A stretch of DNA of 53,622 nt, the filler included, from Sphacelaria rigidula (Eukaryota): assembly GCA_964200075.2 (NCBI GenBank). It is 5 parts of 5 records of this genome, joined end to end, with 100 filler letters (N's around TTAATTAATTAA, not from the genome) between each part and the next. Parts side by side here need not be neighbours in the genome. Positions count along the whole stretch, not along the records: positions 42,980 to 53,622 come from CAXNAA020006154.1; 4 more parts are not named here. One strand, 5' to 3'. The first letter of the stretch is position 1; every line of letters begins with the position of its first letter. Of the stretch, positions 50,618 to 53,622 are shown in pieces. Below the pieces are notes generated by a model that was given only the letters and a program-made list of their open reading frames with translations, ran no database searches and had not been told where the DNA came from. A program made the position numbers and the translations under genes.

Positions 50618-52190
50618 CTGTTGCGATGCCATCACAAGTTGCCATCGGAAAAGGAAACCACTTGAACGGAAACATCACACCCACCGCCCACAGGTTCACT
50701 TTTTGTGGCCCTTCGAACCCCTTCCCTTCATTCCTCGGAACGAGTCCGTGGTCTCAAGGGATCATCATCAACCTATCTCTCCCCAGTACACGCCTTCCAT
50801 TCTGGCCCCGCGACACCAGGTCAGCACTCCCGCATCGGGTCAATTTTCATAGTGAAGAAAAAAAACTCAAATCAACTACTTTTTTTTTGTATACCCCACG
50901 CTTTTTTTTTGTATTCTTTCGAAGGAATACGCAACGCATCGGGATTTAAACTCCTTATTTCCCTCCCCCCCTAATGGTGACAGTCTGACCATATTTTTCA
51001 TTTACATCACCGGGACGCGGCGGCGATTGGGGTGAAAAACAGTGCACGCACATCCTGAACAATAATATATTGTCAAGAGATGCACTAGAGAAAACATGTG
51101 CTGGATAAAGCATAGGCATATTGTAACTATTATATTTTCGGCCGATAAAAGTTGCAATGTCTATTCTTTACTCAGTACACTTCTTGTCTATGGCATCTAT
51201 TGATCCATATGTATGTATCGTCATTACCCAGGGTGTGAAAACATAGTATATATATATATATCGAATATTTCGAGCTCACGAGCGTCAAGCATACTATGTA
51301 ACGAGGCGTCCACGAGATTCAACGCCGATTTTAGTGTGCAAGTTCCTCCGCACCCGCCCCGGGAGATGACTGTTCGGGCCAATGCCAATGCTAGGGGCCC
51401 GGTTAGCGGGTTCGTGCTTTACTTTGTGCGGGGGTACGCATGCGTTCGTGGTGGTCCTGCAATGTTTCCGGCAGGCATGAACATTTCGAGAGAGGATCTA
51501 TTCTCACGAGAGCTTGGCAAGGCAAGAAAATCGAGACCCTGGAAAAAGACGGACGGGATACCACCTGACCCTTAGAAATAATACACATGTTCCTTGGGTC
51601 CCGTGCGGCTTGTAAATATATATTTTTTCGCACGAAGCGCGATATTGACCAGGCCACGAAAGTGTTGTTGGCTGTTCCGTGTTTCCTGAAACGAACAAGA
51701 TGCTGTGAGAACCCGTCGTTTCTATGCTGTAGTTGTCGTTGTACTGTGGTGCGTTCGAACCCTACGGACAAGGTTTGATCTGCGCTGGAGAGTGCCGGAG
51801 CTGCTGTACTCCCACCGTATTCCGCTCTGCACAGGCTCGTGCTAAAAACAAAGGACTGTCTATACAAACTCGAAAAAATCACGTAACGGCTGTGCCGCTG
51901 TTCGTTGCGTCTTCTTCTGGGGGTACTTCAGCTGTCATCGGGTGCTGTGAACGGGGAAGATGCACAACAAGGCCACCACTGCCTGCCGCTTGGGGCAGGC
52001 GAACTGAGCCAGAACGGGCTGCTGTATCCTCGCCGATTGATAATCGCATGTCTCGGTCTCTCTCGCAGCGGCGCGAGTGTGGGCCAAACACTTCTATTTT
52101 GCTACTCATAGGCATCTGATCTATCATAGTTGGTAGGCGGGGGCCAGCATTTTCGTGTCCAGAAAAGTTTTGATGGATAAAAAAATGTTG

Positions 52191-52395
52191 CAAGGGCAGG
52201 TCAAGTAGATTATACTCATTGTGGGGTATTTTAAAACTCGTACTCCAAGCATATAAATTGGGGTAGGGTGTTAGGGGTCTCGCCTCCCAGTTATTCTTGG
52301 GGTAGGACTTTTGACACCCTACCCCAATTTCAGTACTTGAAGTAAGACTTCAAAAATACCCCCCAATTGAGTATACGCTACACGACCTACCCTTG
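52191..52395. mobile_element. Foldback MITE with CAAGG ends and a perfect 8-bp TSD (P-like or hAT-like)
   Basis: AAATGTTG|CAAGGGCAGGTC ... GACCTACCCTTG|AAATGTTG, with inverted arms of about 80 bp. Confidence 0.85.
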
Positions 52396-53622
52396 AAATG
52401 TTGCAACTCATTATTTCGAACTCTCATCTGTCGACCATGTGCCAAAAAATCAGTTCTTGCATGGGCGTAAAAACTATCGCATCGGGGAAAAAGAGAGGAA
52501 AAAAATTGGCGATGACACTACATTGCACATGTCAAGAAAAGAAAAAAACGTTTTTTTCTTACAGGCTAGTTCAGATTGAATATCTAAAATTGCAGGTCGT
52601 GTAGCCGACTTTGAAAATACCCCGCAAATTTATTCCCCGGCTGATGACGAACGCAACACTCAGTCAATATGCACAAATGTGGTATCATACTGACCGCAAT
52701 GAACAGCTGAAAAGGGTGACATAGCCGGATTTTGGTTGAAGGCTGTTACGGTGGCGCTATGGACAAAAATATGTCTTGCACAATCAGCGCCCTTCAAATT
52801 GTTCCGGAATTATCAAGACGAAATCCAAACCCAATTTCCACCGAATCTTCACATGGTTCAAATCGTAGTAGCCGTCATCAGCTTGGGAATCTAACGGGAG
52901 AAACAGAGTTGAAAACGGTTCCAACGGGATCGAATTTTGCCCGAAACCGTGATGTTTCGGTGATGTGGAGCTTTGGCTTCGTCTAATTTCCGCTCATGAT
53001 ACGCACGAAAAACCCACGGAGCCTCGTGACGATTTCCCTTTCATCTGTTGTAAAAAAAGCTCAGATCATCCTCAAACCTGGCAGTTCCGTAGGTATTGAT
53101 GCTCCAAATGGAAAAGTTGTATTCTCTGCAAGATTTCAAAGTCTCTTCGTTCTGTACCGGCTTCCGGGGGCCTCAGCATAAAGACCCCCCGGAAACCGGT
53201 ACATAATGCCTCAACACCAAAATTTTGACATCTTAGGGTCAGGTGGTATCCCAAGGAACATGCGTATTATTTCTCGTTGCTTAACTCGATAAATTGAATC
53301 GGCTGGGTCTTATACTGTAAAAACACTAAAAAAGGGCAATTCTGTTGACTTTACTCAAGTAATCAGGGAGGCACGCAGACTTCAGGGCACGTTCTGGCAT
53401 TTTCTCACGCCGTTTTTTCGAGTTAGTCCACGAAAATTTGCACACATGTTTTGGAGGGCAATATCTAAAACTTGAAGACCGTTTATTTTTTCAATATTTT
53501 TGTTCTTTCACCAGTTATCCAGGGTCGCGGTTGATCAAGTTGACCCGGGGGGGGGGGGGGAGTGGTGAATCCCGGCTATCTTAACCCCAAAAATTCAAAG
53601 CGAAAAACCCCGATCTTCAGGT

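Overview
Eukaryotic, intron-rich, repeat-dense DNA. The long introns, CAG acceptors and repeat types suggest a brown alga or related stramenopile (inference). The window is not one locus. It is five contigs of 10647, 10645, 10644, 10643 and 10643 bp joined in descending size order by 100-bp N/TTAATTAATTAA spacers, so adjacency across the spacers means nothing biologically. Four partial spliced genes can be rebuilt with consistent intron phases: a bromodomain + PWWP chromatin protein (+, contig 1), two exons of arginyl-tRNA synthetase (-, contig 2), a SAC3/GANP-domain protein (+, contig 3) and the 3' part of a kinesin-14-type motor (-, contig 5). Contig 4 has no intact gene, only nested transposon debris and a decayed coding-like stretch. 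The rest is non-autonomous mobile DNA: tRNA-derived SINEs, LINE 3' ends, and MITEs with TA, TNA, TTAA, 4-bp and 8-bp target-site duplications (TSDs). I found no convincing new multi-gene system. The best leads are the doubly non-canonical bromo-PWWP reader, an unclassified MITE family with GAC ends and 4-bp TSDs, and a resolvable triple-nested insertion.
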